64,000 bases of DNA from NCBI GenBank assembly GCA_963668675.2, contig CAXXMB010000002.1, positions 2,048,001 through 2,112,000 on the forward strand, written 5' to 3'. Under the pieces are notes generated by a model. The model ran no database searches. It was not told the origin of the DNA and worked only from the letters and a program-made list of their open reading frames with translations. Numbering within the stretch: position 1 is the stretch's first letter; each line of letters begins with the position of its first letter. Both the position numbers and the translations under genes were made by a program. Source of the stretch: an uncultured Desulfatitalea sp. GTDB lineage: Bacteria; Desulfobacterota; Desulfobacteria; Desulfobacterales; Desulfosarcinaceae. Shown here piece after piece: positions 30,096 to 40,590 of this stretch.

Positions 30096-30151
30096 TGCCT
30101 TTTCCTCCTCTTTTAAAAAATCGGTTTGTCATCCACTGTGGACGGAGTCGA

Positions 30152-30727
30152 TTACCAGTTTTCGCCCAACAGTTCAAAATGGGCCTGGGGATGGGCACAG
30201 GCCGGGCACATTTGAGGCGCCTCGAGCCCTTCGTGCAGGTAGCCACAGTTACGGCAACGCCATACGACGGCCTGGCTGCGTTTGAAAACGGTGCCGGCCT
30301 GAATATTGGCCGCCAGATCACGATAGCGTTTCTCGTGATGCTTCTCGGCAACGGAAACCGCTTCCCAAACCATGGCGATCGCCTCGAATCCCTCTTCGCG
30401 GGCGATCTTGGCAAAGCCGGGATACATCTCGGTGTGCTCGTGCTGTTCACCGTCAGCCGCAGCGGTGAGATTCTCAAGCGTGGAACCAATGATACCCGCG
30501 GGAAATGCACCAACGATCTCTATTTCGCCGCCCTCCAGAAATTTGAAGAAGCGCTTGGCGTGCTCTTTCTCCTGGTTGGCCGTCTCTTCAAAAATATCGG
30601 AGATCTGAATAAAGCCCTCTTTGCGTGCTTTGCCGGCAAAGTAGGTGTATCGGTTACGTGCCTGGGATTCACCTGCGAAAGAGGCCAGCAGGTTCTTTTC
30701 GGTTTGGGATCCTTTTACTGTTGCCAA
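30152..30727 (-). CDS. rbr: Rubrerythrin
   Basis: [28 protein letters not shown]. Confidence 0.97.
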   Translation of the reverse strand: MATVKGSQTEKNLLASFAGESQARNRYTYFAGKARKEGFIQISDIFEETANQEKEHAKRFFKFLEGGEIEIVGAFPAGIIGSTLENLTAAADGEQHEHTEMYPGFAKIAREEGFEAIAMVWEAVSVAEKHHEKRYRDLAANIQAGTVFKRSQAVVWRCRNCGYLHEGLEAPQMCPACAHPQAHFELLGENW

Positions 30728-30729
30728 AA

Positions 30730-31014
30730 CTAATCCTCCTTTACATCTTTTGAGTGTTGAAATGATGAATCTTCTGTTTTCAGGTTAGTCTCAGACGTTG
30801 AAGGGCAATGGTTGGACCACCACCCCTTTGCCTGATGTCGCTTTTTCTCATCCTCCGCCATACGCCACAATTTGTAAGCCGAATCTCTGAGCATCCCATA
30901 GAGAATTCCGCACCCTATATCTTCGCGGTCGCTATCGCCTTGATCGGCGAGACGGATCATCTCCTGGGTCAGTTCGATGGTACGCTTAATGTTGTGATCG
31001 CAGGGTTTCACCAA
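30730..31014 (-). CDS. Hypothetical protein, first gene of rbr operon
   Basis: Abuts rbr; [15 protein letters not shown] motif; GAGAG RBS. Confidence 0.7.
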   Translation of the reverse strand: MVKPCDHNIKRTIELTQEMIRLADQGDSDREDIGCGILYGMLRDSAYKLWRMAEDEKKRHQAKGWWSNHCPSTSETNLKTEDSSFQHSKDVKED

Positions 31015-31070
31015 GCAACTCTCTTTTGGGGTGAGAACTACGCATAACCTCTCTTCCGATCACAATAGAT

Positions 31071-31086
31071 AACAAAACCTGTGCCA
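31071..31086 (-). promoter_or_regulatory. Putative sigma54 promoter for the rbr-dfx operon
   Basis: TGGCACAGGTTTTGTT (-12 GT instead of GC). Confidence 0.5.
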
Positions 31087-31541
31087 GATTTTTAGCGACC
31101 ACCTCCAAATCTAACAAACGCCCGAATACCGCGCATCCACACTGTTTCGGAGCCGCAATCCCGGCCACTGGACCGACCCGATACACCATGTATAATTGAT
31201 ACACCCCGGCCGTTCAGAGCTGAAATGCAATGTTCGGCAAATTATAACAAATTGAATTTAAACCTAAAACAAGCCCTCTCAGGGTCTCATGACAGTTTCG
31301 ATACACAAGTGTCTCAAGGCGATCGCACATGGGAATAATAAGCCAGCGCAACAACAACGTTAACCTCGCAACTGTCATCGTTCGGTGGGAAGTCCAGGTT
31401 GCAGGATAACCTGCAGAGGGCTTGCGCAAAGTGATCCTGCACAGAATTGTCACAGGGAATGAATACTGGGTAACATATCGTCCCCGCATAAGCAAGCCAA
31501 TGGCTGCCAAATGAACCGGGAGGTGGCACCGCTATTGAACA

Positions 31542-31557
31542 CGGCATATTAATTGCT
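31542..31557 (+). promoter_or_regulatory. Putative sigma54 promoter for 31622 gene
   Basis: CGGCATATTAATTGCT (GG-N10-GC); a second TGGCACCGCTATTGAA lies at 31524-31539. Confidence 0.55.
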
Positions 31558-31621
31558 ATATTTTTACCCAGATTTCAATTTCGGCTTCGTGTCATGCCGT
31601 ATCGACCCGAAAGGAGAACGC

Positions 31622-31981
31622 ATGCAAAACATAGAGACCATAAAACAGGATCCCGAGCTGCTCAATGCCATCGATTGGGAGATGACGCCCGAAGAGGCTG
31701 TCCGACTCTATCTGGAGTGGGGCAACAACTGGGCGCGCGGCAACTATGTCATTCGCTCCAAAAATGATGAAACCTGCTACTTTGCCATCAGCACATGGAA
31801 AGAGCCGCCGATGATCTACCTGATCCGGCGCAACTCAGACGGTGCCAAAGAGCTGGCCCATATCGAGATGCCCGATCGGGTCAGGCAGGCATTTTTAGAA
31901 GAGAACGGAGAGTTAAAGGGCGTCTATGCCATTGAAGGTGTTGTCAAGGATTGGCTGCGGCAAGAGCTGGAGGCAGCGTGA
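31622..31981 (+). CDS. DVU0772-like conserved protein
   Basis: IDWEMTPEEAVRLYLEWGNNW motif; AAGGAG RBS. Confidence 0.8.
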   Translation: MQNIETIKQDPELLNAIDWEMTPEEAVRLYLEWGNNWARGNYVIRSKNDETCYFAISTWKEPPMIYLIRRNSDGAKELAHIEMPDRVRQAFLEENGELKGVYAIEGVVKDWLRQELEAA

Positions 31982-32000
31982 CTGGCCCCTCTTCGCGCCT

Positions 32001-32477
32001 TTAGGTCTGGTTGCCTGGAAGGGAGAGGACGTGCTCGGCGAATTTGAGCGCCTCTTCGTTCTGGGAGCAGGCCGGGCACAACCCCAAAAACTCCAGCCGA
32101 TGCCCCATGATCGTATAGACGGTGGCCCCGTACAATTCGTCTTCGAGGCGGTTTAGCGGAGCGATGGGGGCGTCATCCACACGATCGCAGTTGACACATC
32201 GAATGTGGTAGTGTTTCTGCGGAACGCCATCGTAACGCTTCTGGCTGCCGCTCACCTCGAGGGTCTGAATCTCGCCAAGCGAGGTAAGGATTTCCAGATT
32301 GCGGTAAACCGTCCCCAGGCTAATTCGCGGTAATCGTTTACGAACCAGTTCGTACAGCTGATCGGCGGTAGGGTGGATGTTCTCTTTGCGCAACTCCTCC
32401 AAAATGACCCGCCGCTGCTGGGTCATGCGCAGTTTGTTGTTGTGTACCATTTGGTTATGGTTATCCAGGCAATCCAT
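32001..32477 (-). CDS. perR: Fur-family peroxide regulator PerR
   Basis: HPTAD, TVYRNL, RYD..HYHIRCVNC..VDD, CPAC match the PerR ligand pattern; oxidative-stress context. Confidence 0.8.
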   Translation of the reverse strand: MDCLDNHNQMVHNNKLRMTQQRRVILEELRKENIHPTADQLYELVRKRLPRISLGTVYRNLEILTSLGEIQTLEVSGSQKRYDGVPQKHYHIRCVNCDRVDDAPIAPLNRLEDELYGATVYTIMGHRLEFLGLCPACSQNEEALKFAEHVLSLPGNQT

Positions 32478-32539
32478 CGGTTCTTACCTCGGGCGCCCAT
32501 GGCCTCATGGGCACCCGCAGACCTGCAAGGTCGGTTAAA

Positions 32540-33721
32540 TCATCTTTCATCGATCGGAACAAAACTGCACTCGTCCGGCCCGCAATACTCTCCGACATAC
32601 TTGGACCCCGGACGATAGAGCGCGGTTTTCGGCGCCGCCTCGGCATACTGCTCCTCGATGACGTGAGCCGTCCAGCCAGCCACCCGGGATATGGCGAAAA
32701 GCGGTGAAAAAAGATCCACCGGGATCCCCATCGAATAGAAGAGTGATGCGCTGTAGAAATCAACATTTACGAAGATATCGGTTCCCTTACGCTCCTTGAA
32801 GGCCTTTTTTCCCTCCACCTCAAGAATCTTCGTAATTTCATACCATTTGGTCTCTCCGGCCAGCTCTCCGGCCCGCTTGGACATGGGCGCCAGAATGTGG
32901 GCACGGGGGTCATCGGTCTGGTAGACAGCATGCCCCAACCCCATGATCAGTCCGCCTTCGTCCAGCACCTTGTTCACATATTCCCCAACTCGGTCGGGGC
33001 TGCCGATCTCCATCAACATCTGCATCACGCGCACATTGGCCCCCCCGTGCAGTTCTCCGGAGAGGGAGCCGATGGCAGCCGACACGGCAGCATACATGTG
33101 AGCTCTGGTCGAGGCCACCTCCCGCGCCGCAAATGTCGACGCATTGAAGGAGTGCTCGGCGTGCAGAACGAGGCCGACGTCGAAAGAGTGAACCAAGTCC
33201 GGTTCGGGCGTTTCACCAAACAGCATATATAAAAAATTTTCTGCGTGCCCCTTTGCCGGATCAGGCGTTACCGGAGGCTTATCGGTGCGAATTCGTTCCC
33301 AGGCGGCCAGTACCGTCGGCAGCTTGGCAATCAGGCGGATCGCTTTGCGCAAGGCCGCATCCTTGTTGGCATCGGTCGCCTCCTTATCGTGGTTGGCCAA
33401 CATGGGTACAGCGGCCTGCAAGATATCCATCGGCAGGGCATCGGCCGGCCGGGTCTTAAGCGCATCGATCAGCGCCGCGGGAATTTCACGCTCTGCGGCC
33501 AACTGTTTCTTGAGGCTTTCAAGCTCGCTTTTGTTGGGAAGATGTTCGTATAGAAGCAGGTGTACAACCTCTTCGAATGTGGTCCGCTCAGCCAGATCGG
33601 GCACCAGATAGCCACGATAGATCAACTTCCCCTCTTTTCCGATCACATCGCTGATCTTGGTGCTTGCAACGGTGATACCACGTAAACCGGTATTGATTGT
33701 CGGTTTGCATTCTTCTTCCAT
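32540..33721 (-). CDS. Citrate (or 2-methylcitrate) synthase
   Basis: HAEHSFNAST, LHGGAN, GLGHAVY..DPRA, NVDFYS. Confidence 0.93.
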   Translation of the reverse strand: MEEECKPTINTGLRGITVASTKISDVIGKEGKLIYRGYLVPDLAERTTFEEVVHLLLYEHLPNKSELESLKKQLAAEREIPAALIDALKTRPADALPMDILQAAVPMLANHDKEATDANKDAALRKAIRLIAKLPTVLAAWERIRTDKPPVTPDPAKGHAENFLYMLFGETPEPDLVHSFDVGLVLHAEHSFNASTFAAREVASTRAHMYAAVSAAIGSLSGELHGGANVRVMQMLMEIGSPDRVGEYVNKVLDEGGLIMGLGHAVYQTDDPRAHILAPMSKRAGELAGETKWYEITKILEVEGKKAFKERKGTDIFVNVDFYSASLFYSMGIPVDLFSPLFAISRVAGWTAHVIEEQYAEAAPKTALYRPGSKYVGEYCGPDECSFVPIDER

Positions 33722-34335
33722 CAACGCCTCCTTTGATCTTCGCCGTTACACCGAAACGATCTCCGGGCGTCGCAGCCCGGTCGCCTCCAGCCAAAATGAG
33801 TGCGCTGCCCGCGCAGCCCCTCTACCTCTGGCGTATACCCGTGTGTGCCCCGCTGCCCAGTGCCCGCTGCAACCGCCAAACCGACTAAATAGCTGGCAGG
33901 GGTGGCGCAGGGCACAATGGTGTTTAACATAGTATCTCGCCGCTCTACAACAATGTCCGCTTACCGCTCTTTTCAAGCGGGAGGCGTTGAACAGGCGCCA
34001 GTTCTTCCTTGGTGGCCATTCGGCATGGACAGTATTTGCGAGCGGCCACTTATTAGGAATCGTTACCATGTATGTGTTGAAAATAAAACCTTAAAATGCT
34101 AAGGATCATGAGGCATCACGTCTTTTACGGATGATCCTTTTCGTATGTCGGCACCGGACAGAAAACAAGCGAAGCAACCGTCAAACAGTGTCATTTCCGG
34201 CATCCGCAAGGGATCCCTTGATATCCAGAACTGAAGATCAAACCCATAAAGCGGCCGGTTGTTCGAGGCACCGTCTCTTTGATATCCAGAGCCTTTGAAC
34301 GCCTGACCGAAGGAGTGGATCAGAGCGGACAGCCC

Positions 34336-35694
34336 ATGCAAAAACTGACCGTTAAAAAGGGCTATCGGTTTCGGATGGCCGGTGCGCCATCCACCGAGTT
34401 GGTTCAACTTCAGGCGCCGGCCCAGGTGGCCGTCCTGCCAGAACGAATTGCCCACATCAAGCCGCGTCTGCGCGTCAAAAAGGGAGACCCGGTCCGAATC
34501 GGATCTCTTCTCTTTGAAGACAAGCGCAACCCGAGTTTTAAGTTCCTGTCGCCTGGAGGTGGAACCGTTCGCGACATCGTGTTCGGACCCCGGCGCGTCA
34601 TCCAGTCCATTGTCATTGATCGGCAGCCCGAGGCGGAACCCGAAGAGCATTTCCCCGCTCTGACGGAATCGGCACTGGAACAGATTGGCCGTGGTCAACT
34701 GACCGACCAAATCCTCAAAGGCGGCATGTGGTGGGTCTTCCGGGAGCTGCCTTTCAGGGATTTGCCGGCGCCCGACACGGTACCGCCGCTCATTATGGTA
34801 AGTATAGATGCCAAGGAGCCTTTCCAGGCAGCCCCGGAGGTCTATCTGAAGGAGCAGGAGCAGTTATTGGCCTATGGCCTGAAAGCGCTCAATGTGCTTG
34901 CACCCGGCAAGGTGGTGGTCTTCGCCGACCACGCCGAAACGGAGCTTGTCCGCAAGACGGGCCAATACTTGACACACACCGTCGCAGGCAATTATCCCAG
35001 CGACGATCCGGGAGCCGTGCTTTATCAGATTAAAACCGAAGCAGCGCAAAACCGCGCCTGGTATGTGTCGGGACAGGATTTGCTTCTGCTGGCCCATCTG
35101 CTGCGCGAAGGTCGCTACCCCACCCGGCGGGTGGTGGCCGTCGGCGGCAGTGCCGCCCCAGAACGACGCCACTATCTGACCCGTATGGGCGCACCGCTGG
35201 CCCAACTGGTCGACCTCGACCGTATAGACGGCAGCGAGCGATTCGTCGTCGGTGGTCTGTTCAGAGGCTATGCCAGCGGCAAGGATGGATTCCTGGGGCT
35301 TTATGAGACGGCGCTCAACGTGGTGCCTGAAGGAGGGCAAGCGGAGTTTCTGGCCCTGTTCAATCCCGGAATTGCCAGGCCCAGCTATTCGCGCACCTTC
35401 CTCTCCATGCTCAACCCCAAAAGCCTGGTGTACAACTGCAACATCCACGGCGACCTGCGGGCCTGTATCGCCTGCATGCACTGCGCCGATGTCTGCCCTG
35501 TGGATCTGCTGCCCCAGATGATATACAAGGCTGTGCTGGCAGAAGAGGTGGAAGAGTACCTCGAGCACGGACTGCTCGATTGCGTGGAGTGCGGGCTGTG
35601 CTCCTATGTCTGCCCATCCAAAATCGAGCTCAGCCAGACGTTTGTGACGGCCAAAAAGGAGTATGCCAAGGAGCGTGCCGGAAAAAGCGACTAG
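34336..35694 (+). CDS. nqrA: Na+-NQR subunit A-like protein with C-terminal 2x[4Fe-4S] domain
   Basis: VKKGDPVRIG, LFEDK, SPGGG, GNYP; CIACMHCADVCP and CVECGLCSYVCPSKIE. Confidence 0.85.
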   Translation: MQKLTVKKGYRFRMAGAPSTELVQLQAPAQVAVLPERIAHIKPRLRVKKGDPVRIGSLLFEDKRNPSFKFLSPGGGTVRDIVFGPRRVIQSIVIDRQPEAEPEEHFPALTESALEQIGRGQLTDQILKGGMWWVFRELPFRDLPAPDTVPPLIMVSIDAKEPFQAAPEVYLKEQEQLLAYGLKALNVLAPGKVVVFADHAETELVRKTGQYLTHTVAGNYPSDDPGAVLYQIKTEAAQNRAWYVSGQDLLLLAHLLREGRYPTRRVVAVGGSAAPERRHYLTRMGAPLAQLVDLDRIDGSERFVVGGLFRGYASGKDGFLGLYETALNVVPEGGQAEFLALFNPGIARPSYSRTFLSMLNPKSLVYNCNIHGDLRACIACMHCADVCPVDLLPQMIYKAVLAEEVEEYLEHGLLDCVECGLCSYVCPSKIELSQTFVTAKKEYAKERAGKSD

Positions 35695-35762
35695 CGATCC
35701 TGGCGGTATAAAAACGGAAACGGACCAAAAGAGCCCTCTTAACCTCACGGTGCCATGCGACG

Positions 35763-36947
35763 ATGAATATGATCCGCAGCTTTTTTGAAAGTCAACGCAA
35801 GCATTTTCAAGGTGAAGGCGCCCTGGCGCGCCTGGAACCCTTCTACGAAGCCATGGAGCGGGTCTTTTTCGGCACCGGCGAGGTGACCCGGCAGGCCCCC
35901 CATGCGCGCGACAGCCTTACGGTGCAACGCTATATGATGCTGGTCATCGTGATGCTGCTGCCATGTCTCTTCTTCGGCATGTACAACGTGGGGCTGCAGT
36001 CGTTCAAAGCCACCGGACAATCGCTGGACTTCTGGCCCATGCTGCTGTTCGGCGCCAAAACCGTTATACCGCTGGTCATCATCTCCTACCTCTTCGGTTT
36101 CGGATGGGAAATCGTCTTTGCGACCGTCCGCCGCCACCCGATCAGCGAGGGCGTTTTTGTCACCGCCATGCTCTTCCCCCTCACCCTGCCGCCCACAACT
36201 CCCTGGTGGCAGGCGGCATTGGGGATCTCTTTCGGCGTCATTCTCGGCAAGGAGGTCTTTGGCGGCACCGGCCGCAACTTCCTCAATCCCGCCTTGACCG
36301 GCCGGGCCTTTCTTTACTTCGCCTACCCGATTCAGATGTCCGGCGATGCCGTTTGGACGGCTGTGTACAACAGCGGCAATCAGGCTGTCGATGCGGTGTC
36401 GGCCGCTACTCCGCTGGCAGTGGCCACCACTGCGCCGGCCACCCAATCGGTTGAGCACGCGCTGAATACGGCCGGATATGACTTCAGCACCCTCTTCTTG
36501 GGTCTCTACCCGGACAGCATCGGCGCATCCTCAACCCTGTTGTGCTTGATCGGTGCCGTGGTTCTCATCTTTATCGGCGTGGCCAGTTACCGCATCATAA
36601 TAGGGGACATCCTGGGTATCCTGGCCATCGGTTACGCACTCAACCTTTTTGCCGGCGAGACTTCGGCCCCCTATTGGAGCATGAACCCGTTTTACCACCT
36701 GCTGATCGGTGGAACGGCCTTTGGGATCGCCTACATGAGCACCGATCCGGTATCGGCCCCCGACACCCATGCCGCCCGATGGATCTACGGCTTTTTCATC
36801 GGTGCACTGACCGTGTTGATCCGGGTCTTCAATCCCGCTTTTCCGGAGGGGATCATGCTCGCCATCTTGTTCATGAATGTGTTTGCCCCCCTGCTGGACC
36901 ACATGGTGATCCGGCTGAGGATTCGCAGAAGGATAGCCAATACGTAG
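35763..36947 (+). CDS. nqrB: Na+-NQR subunit B
   Basis: KEVFGGTGRNFLNPAL, DAVSAATPL (FMN Thr), TDPVS. Confidence 0.9.
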   Translation: MNMIRSFFESQRKHFQGEGALARLEPFYEAMERVFFGTGEVTRQAPHARDSLTVQRYMMLVIVMLLPCLFFGMYNVGLQSFKATGQSLDFWPMLLFGAKTVIPLVIISYLFGFGWEIVFATVRRHPISEGVFVTAMLFPLTLPPTTPWWQAALGISFGVILGKEVFGGTGRNFLNPALTGRAFLYFAYPIQMSGDAVWTAVYNSGNQAVDAVSAATPLAVATTAPATQSVEHALNTAGYDFSTLFLGLYPDSIGASSTLLCLIGAVVLIFIGVASYRIIIGDILGILAIGYALNLFAGETSAPYWSMNPFYHLLIGGTAFGIAYMSTDPVSAPDTHAARWIYGFFIGALTVLIRVFNPAFPEGIMLAILFMNVFAPLLDHMVIRLRIRRRIANT

Positions 36948-36992
36948 TCAGACGCAACGCCGTCTCCGCAGCGGCGCCAGGGACAGACAGAG

Positions 36993-37706
36993 ATGCCCAA
37001 TGCATTAAAATCACTCATTTTCGCCACTGTGCTGTGCGTGGTCTGCAGCCTGCTGCTCACCGCCGCCAGCACAGGTTTGCAATCGTTTCAGCAAAAAAAT
37101 GCCGAAGTGGATCGACAAAAAAACATTCTGCTCGCCTTCGGCATCATCGCGGACGGCCAGCCTGTCACATCCGCCCAGATCGAGAAGCTGTATCACGACA
37201 AGGTCAAAAGCCTCGTAGTGGACGAAAGCGGACGGCTCGTTCCCGAAGATCAGCGCAGCCCGAAGGACCTGCCACTCTATGTCTACATTGAGGATGACCA
37301 GCTGCAGGCCTACGTCGTGCCCATCGACTCCAGGGGGTTGTGGGGTAAAATTCACGGCTATTTGGCCATCGAGAACGACGGCGCCACCATCCGGGGCTTT
37401 ACCGTCTACAAGCACCAGGAGACCCCCGGTCTTGGCGGCGAGATTGAGAGCCGCTGGTTTCGCAAGAATTTCAAAGGCAAAAAAATCGTGAACAGCGGCG
37501 GAGACTTCGTCTCCATCAAGATCGCCAAGGGCAGCGCAGAGGGGTCGGTGACCGCCGACCGGCAGATCAACTACGTGGACGGCATCAGCGGCGCCACCAT
37601 GACCGGCAAATTCCTCAGCGAAGGGATGAAACAGATCCTCAAGGAGTATGAACCGGTCGCCATACAGTTCCGGCATAAAAACAACCGCTACTTGAGAAGC
37701 GAGTAG
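36993..37706 (+). CDS. nqrC: Na+-NQR subunit C
   Basis: [25 protein letters not shown]. Confidence 0.92.
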   Translation: MPNALKSLIFATVLCVVCSLLLTAASTGLQSFQQKNAEVDRQKNILLAFGIIADGQPVTSAQIEKLYHDKVKSLVVDESGRLVPEDQRSPKDLPLYVYIEDDQLQAYVVPIDSRGLWGKIHGYLAIENDGATIRGFTVYKHQETPGLGGEIESRWFRKNFKGKKIVNSGGDFVSIKIAKGSAEGSVTADRQINYVDGISGATMTGKFLSEGMKQILKEYEPVAIQFRHKNNRYLRSE

Positions 37707-37713
37707 AAGAACA

Positions 37714-38337
37714 ATGTCAAAGCTAACCAAAAGCCCAACATTCAGAGCCATCTCCGAAGCGCTATGGCAGTCCAACCCAATCTCCAAACAGATTCTGGGG
37801 ATCTGCTCGGCCCTGGCTGTTACGGTGCAATTGAAAACCGCCGTGGTCATGGGATTGGCGCTCACCTTCGTGGTGGCCTTCTCCAACCTGTTCATCTCGC
37901 TGCTCCGACGGCAGATTCCGAGGAACATCCGCATCATCGTCGAAGTTGCGGTGATCGCCACGCTGGTGATCCTCGCCGATGAGTTCCTGCGCGCCTTCAT
38001 GTACGATATCAGCAAGCAGCTCTCGGTTTTCGTGGGTCTGATCATCACCAACTGTATCGTTATGGGACGCGCCGAGACATTCGCCATGGGCAACCCGCCC
38101 TGGCGCAGCTTCGTGGACGGTTTGGCCAACGGTGTCGGCTACGCCTCGATCCTGTGCGGGGTCGCCTTTTTCCGCGAGCTGTTGGGATCGGGTAAGCTCT
38201 TCGGCTTTCAGGTGATTCCCGACAGTTTTTATGCTGCAGGCTACCACGATATGGGCCTGATGCTTCTGGCACCAGGCGCGTTTATCACCATCGGCCTGTT
38301 TGTCTGGCTGGAGCACACGCTGTTGAAGGACAAGTAA
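37714..38337 (+). CDS. nqrD: Na+-NQR subunit D
   Basis: [24 protein letters not shown]. Confidence 0.95.
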   Translation: MSKLTKSPTFRAISEALWQSNPISKQILGICSALAVTVQLKTAVVMGLALTFVVAFSNLFISLLRRQIPRNIRIIVEVAVIATLVILADEFLRAFMYDISKQLSVFVGLIITNCIVMGRAETFAMGNPPWRSFVDGLANGVGYASILCGVAFFRELLGSGKLFGFQVIPDSFYAAGYHDMGLMLLAPGAFITIGLFVWLEHTLLKDK

Positions 38338-38945
38338 TGGAAAATCTGTTCAGCCTTTTCGTCAATTCGGTTTTCGTGGGTAATATCTTACTGGCCTACT
38401 TTCTAGGGATGTGCTCCTACCTGTCGGTCTCCCAAAACCTGCAAACCAGCCTGGGGTTAGGCCTGGCCGTCACCTTCGTCATGACCATCACCACGCCGGC
38501 CAACTGGCTGCTCTATCACTACCTGCTGGCACCGGGCGCACTCTCATGGGCCGGGCTGCCGGATGTGGACCTGGGCTTTTTGAAGCTGGTGCTCTTCATC
38601 GCCACCATCGCCGGCATCGTGCAGGTGGTCGAAATGGTCATCGATCGATATTCCCAGGGACTTTACAATGCCCTTGGCGTATTTTTACCATTAATTACAG
38701 TAAACTGCGCTATACTAGGCGCATCGCTCTTCATGGTCGAACGGCGCTACACCTTTGCCGAGACCATGGTTTATGGTTTTGGTTCGGGTCTCGGATGGAT
38801 GCTGGCCATCGTGGCCATGGCCACGATCATGCAGAAACTGCGCTATGCGGACGTACCCGAAGGGCTGCATGGATTCGGCATCCGCATGATCGTCACCGGC
38901 CTGATGGCCATGGCGTTCATGCTCTTTTCCGGCATCACATTGTAG
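38337..38945 (+). CDS. nqrE: Na+-NQR subunit E
   Basis: [24 protein letters not shown]. Confidence 0.95.
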   Translation: MENLFSLFVNSVFVGNILLAYFLGMCSYLSVSQNLQTSLGLGLAVTFVMTITTPANWLLYHYLLAPGALSWAGLPDVDLGFLKLVLFIATIAGIVQVVEMVIDRYSQGLYNALGVFLPLITVNCAILGASLFMVERRYTFAETMVYGFGSGLGWMLAIVAMATIMQKLRYADVPEGLHGFGIRMIVTGLMAMAFMLFSGITL

Positions 38946-38971
38946 GTCGCGCTCATTCGAAGAAGGAGGCT

Positions 38972-40207
38972 ATGTCCTATATGCCTGCAATATATCTGAT
39001 AAGTCTGGCGGTCTTTCTGGGCGTGATCCTGACGCTGGTGGGCATTCTGCTTCTGGTGGAGTCTCAGCTGACTGTCAAGGGCGACCAGCGCATCGTGATC
39101 AACGGCGACGAGAGCAAAAGTGTCTCGACCCCCGGCGGTAAAACGCTGCTCAGCGCATTGATAGAGAACCAGATTTACCTGCCCAGCGCCTGTGGCGGAA
39201 AGGGCACCTGCGGCACGTGCAAGTGCAAAGTGATCGAAGGGGGCGGTGACATCCTGCCGACCGAATTATCCCTGGTCAGCCGCAAGGAGCGCACCGAGCA
39301 GATCCGCCTGGCCTGCCAGGTCAAGGTCAAACAGGAGATGGCCATCCGCATCCCTGATGAAATTTTCAACATCCAGAAGTACACCGCCACCGTGGTCTCC
39401 AACGACAATGTGGCCACCTTTATCAAGGAGCTCGCCATCAAGCTCGACGACGGCCAGACCATTCAGTTCAAAGCCGGGGCCTATATGCAAATCGACATCC
39501 CCGAATACGAGGCCGACTTCAAGAATTTCAGCGTGGCCGAGCGGTACAAGGCGGCCTGGAAGCAGTTTAACCTTCTGACCCTCAAGGCCAAATCGGACGA
39601 ACCGGCCAATCGGGCCTACTCGCTGGCAAATCCGCCCATTGAGACCGATCTGCTGAGGTTTACCATCCGCATCGCCACACCGCCGCCAGGTGTGGAGGCC
39701 GCCCCTCCCGGTGTGGGCAGTTCCTACGTGTTCAACCTCAAACCCGGCGATCGGGTGACGATCAGCGGTCCGTACGGCGATTTTTTTGCCAAAGAGACCG
39801 AGCGGGAGATGTGTTTTTTGGGCGGCGGCGCCGGAATGGCACCCCTGCGCAGCCATATCCGCCAGCAGTTATTGGCGGAAAACACCAAGCGACGCATTAC
39901 ATTTTGGTACGGCGCCCGGTCCCGGCAGGAGATGTTCTACGACGAGGAGTTCAAAGAGTTGGAAGAGCGATTTCCTAATTTCAGCTACCATGTCGCACTC
40001 TCCGACCCACAGCCAGAAGACAACTGGGATGGACCAACCGGATTCATCCATCAGGTGGCCAACGAACTCTACCTCTCCCCCCACGAAGATCCGACCGAAA
40101 TCGAATATTATCTCTGTGGACCTCCCCCCATGGTGGCCGCAGTGGAAAAAATGCTGTACGATCTCGGCGTGGAACCTGAGATGATCGCATATGACAAATT
40201 CGGTTAA
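38972..40207 (+). CDS. nqrF: Na+-NQR subunit F
   Basis: SACGGKGTCGTC..RLACQ, RAYSLA, GGGAGMAP, YYLCGPP, DKFG; AAGGAGG RBS. Confidence 0.95.
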   Translation: MSYMPAIYLISLAVFLGVILTLVGILLLVESQLTVKGDQRIVINGDESKSVSTPGGKTLLSALIENQIYLPSACGGKGTCGTCKCKVIEGGGDILPTELSLVSRKERTEQIRLACQVKVKQEMAIRIPDEIFNIQKYTATVVSNDNVATFIKELAIKLDDGQTIQFKAGAYMQIDIPEYEADFKNFSVAERYKAAWKQFNLLTLKAKSDEPANRAYSLANPPIETDLLRFTIRIATPPPGVEAAPPGVGSSYVFNLKPGDRVTISGPYGDFFAKETEREMCFLGGGAGMAPLRSHIRQQLLAENTKRRITFWYGARSRQEMFYDEEFKELEERFPNFSYHVALSDPQPEDNWDGPTGFIHQVANELYLSPHEDPTEIEYYLCGPPPMVAAVEKMLYDLGVEPEMIAYDKFG

Positions 40208-40284
40208 GCGGTCCGAAAGGCAGCACATCTTCTATTGACCTGCAACGGAAAAATGAAGTTAAATAGAGTTCATTCAAAAACGGC

Positions 40285-40396
40285 TTCGACACCTGTGGCG
40301 CACTATTCTCTGACGGATCACATTCCCATCATCTGTCTTGACTGAATGAGACACCTGTGTCTCACATGAATGAAATCGCGAAACACCTGTGATAAC
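40285..40396. promoter_or_regulatory. Cluster of three palindromic activator-like sites
   Basis: Perfect TGAGACA-CCTG-TGTCTCA at 40347-40364 plus degenerate copies at 40285 and 40379 sharing ACACCTGTG. Confidence 0.65.
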
Positions 40397-40468
40397 GCCT
40401 TCTGTTCAAGCTCTATTATCTGTTTGAATTAATACCTTATATTATTTGTTCTGGGATAAAACGCCTTC

Positions 40469-40484
40469 TGGCATATTTCTTGAT
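40469..40484 (+). promoter_or_regulatory. Putative sigma54 promoter
   Basis: TGGCATATTTCTTGAT (-12 GA variant) downstream of the palindrome cluster. Confidence 0.5.
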
Positions 40485-40590
40485 GTTATCGGTTACCGAT
40501 GGCACGAAACAGGTTGTGGTCATCTTCACCAAAAGAAGAGCCAGAGAAACATTCCGATACACCTTAAACCGAAAACCGCAAGGGGGGTCC

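Noticed and set aside
33721..33930. 69-aa ORF upstream of citrate synthase
   Set aside because: No clear RBS or motif; more plausibly untranslated leader.
37011..38129. Long antisense ORFs (also 25983-27260, 52681-53808, 54795-55949, 5785-6600, 7403-8227)
   Set aside because: They shadow well-supported genes on the opposite strand, as expected from GC-rich codon bias, and show no recognisable motifs.
38411..38971. Apparent 187-aa N-terminal extension of NqrF
   Set aside because: Overlaps nqrE in another frame; a strong RBS supports ATG at 38972.
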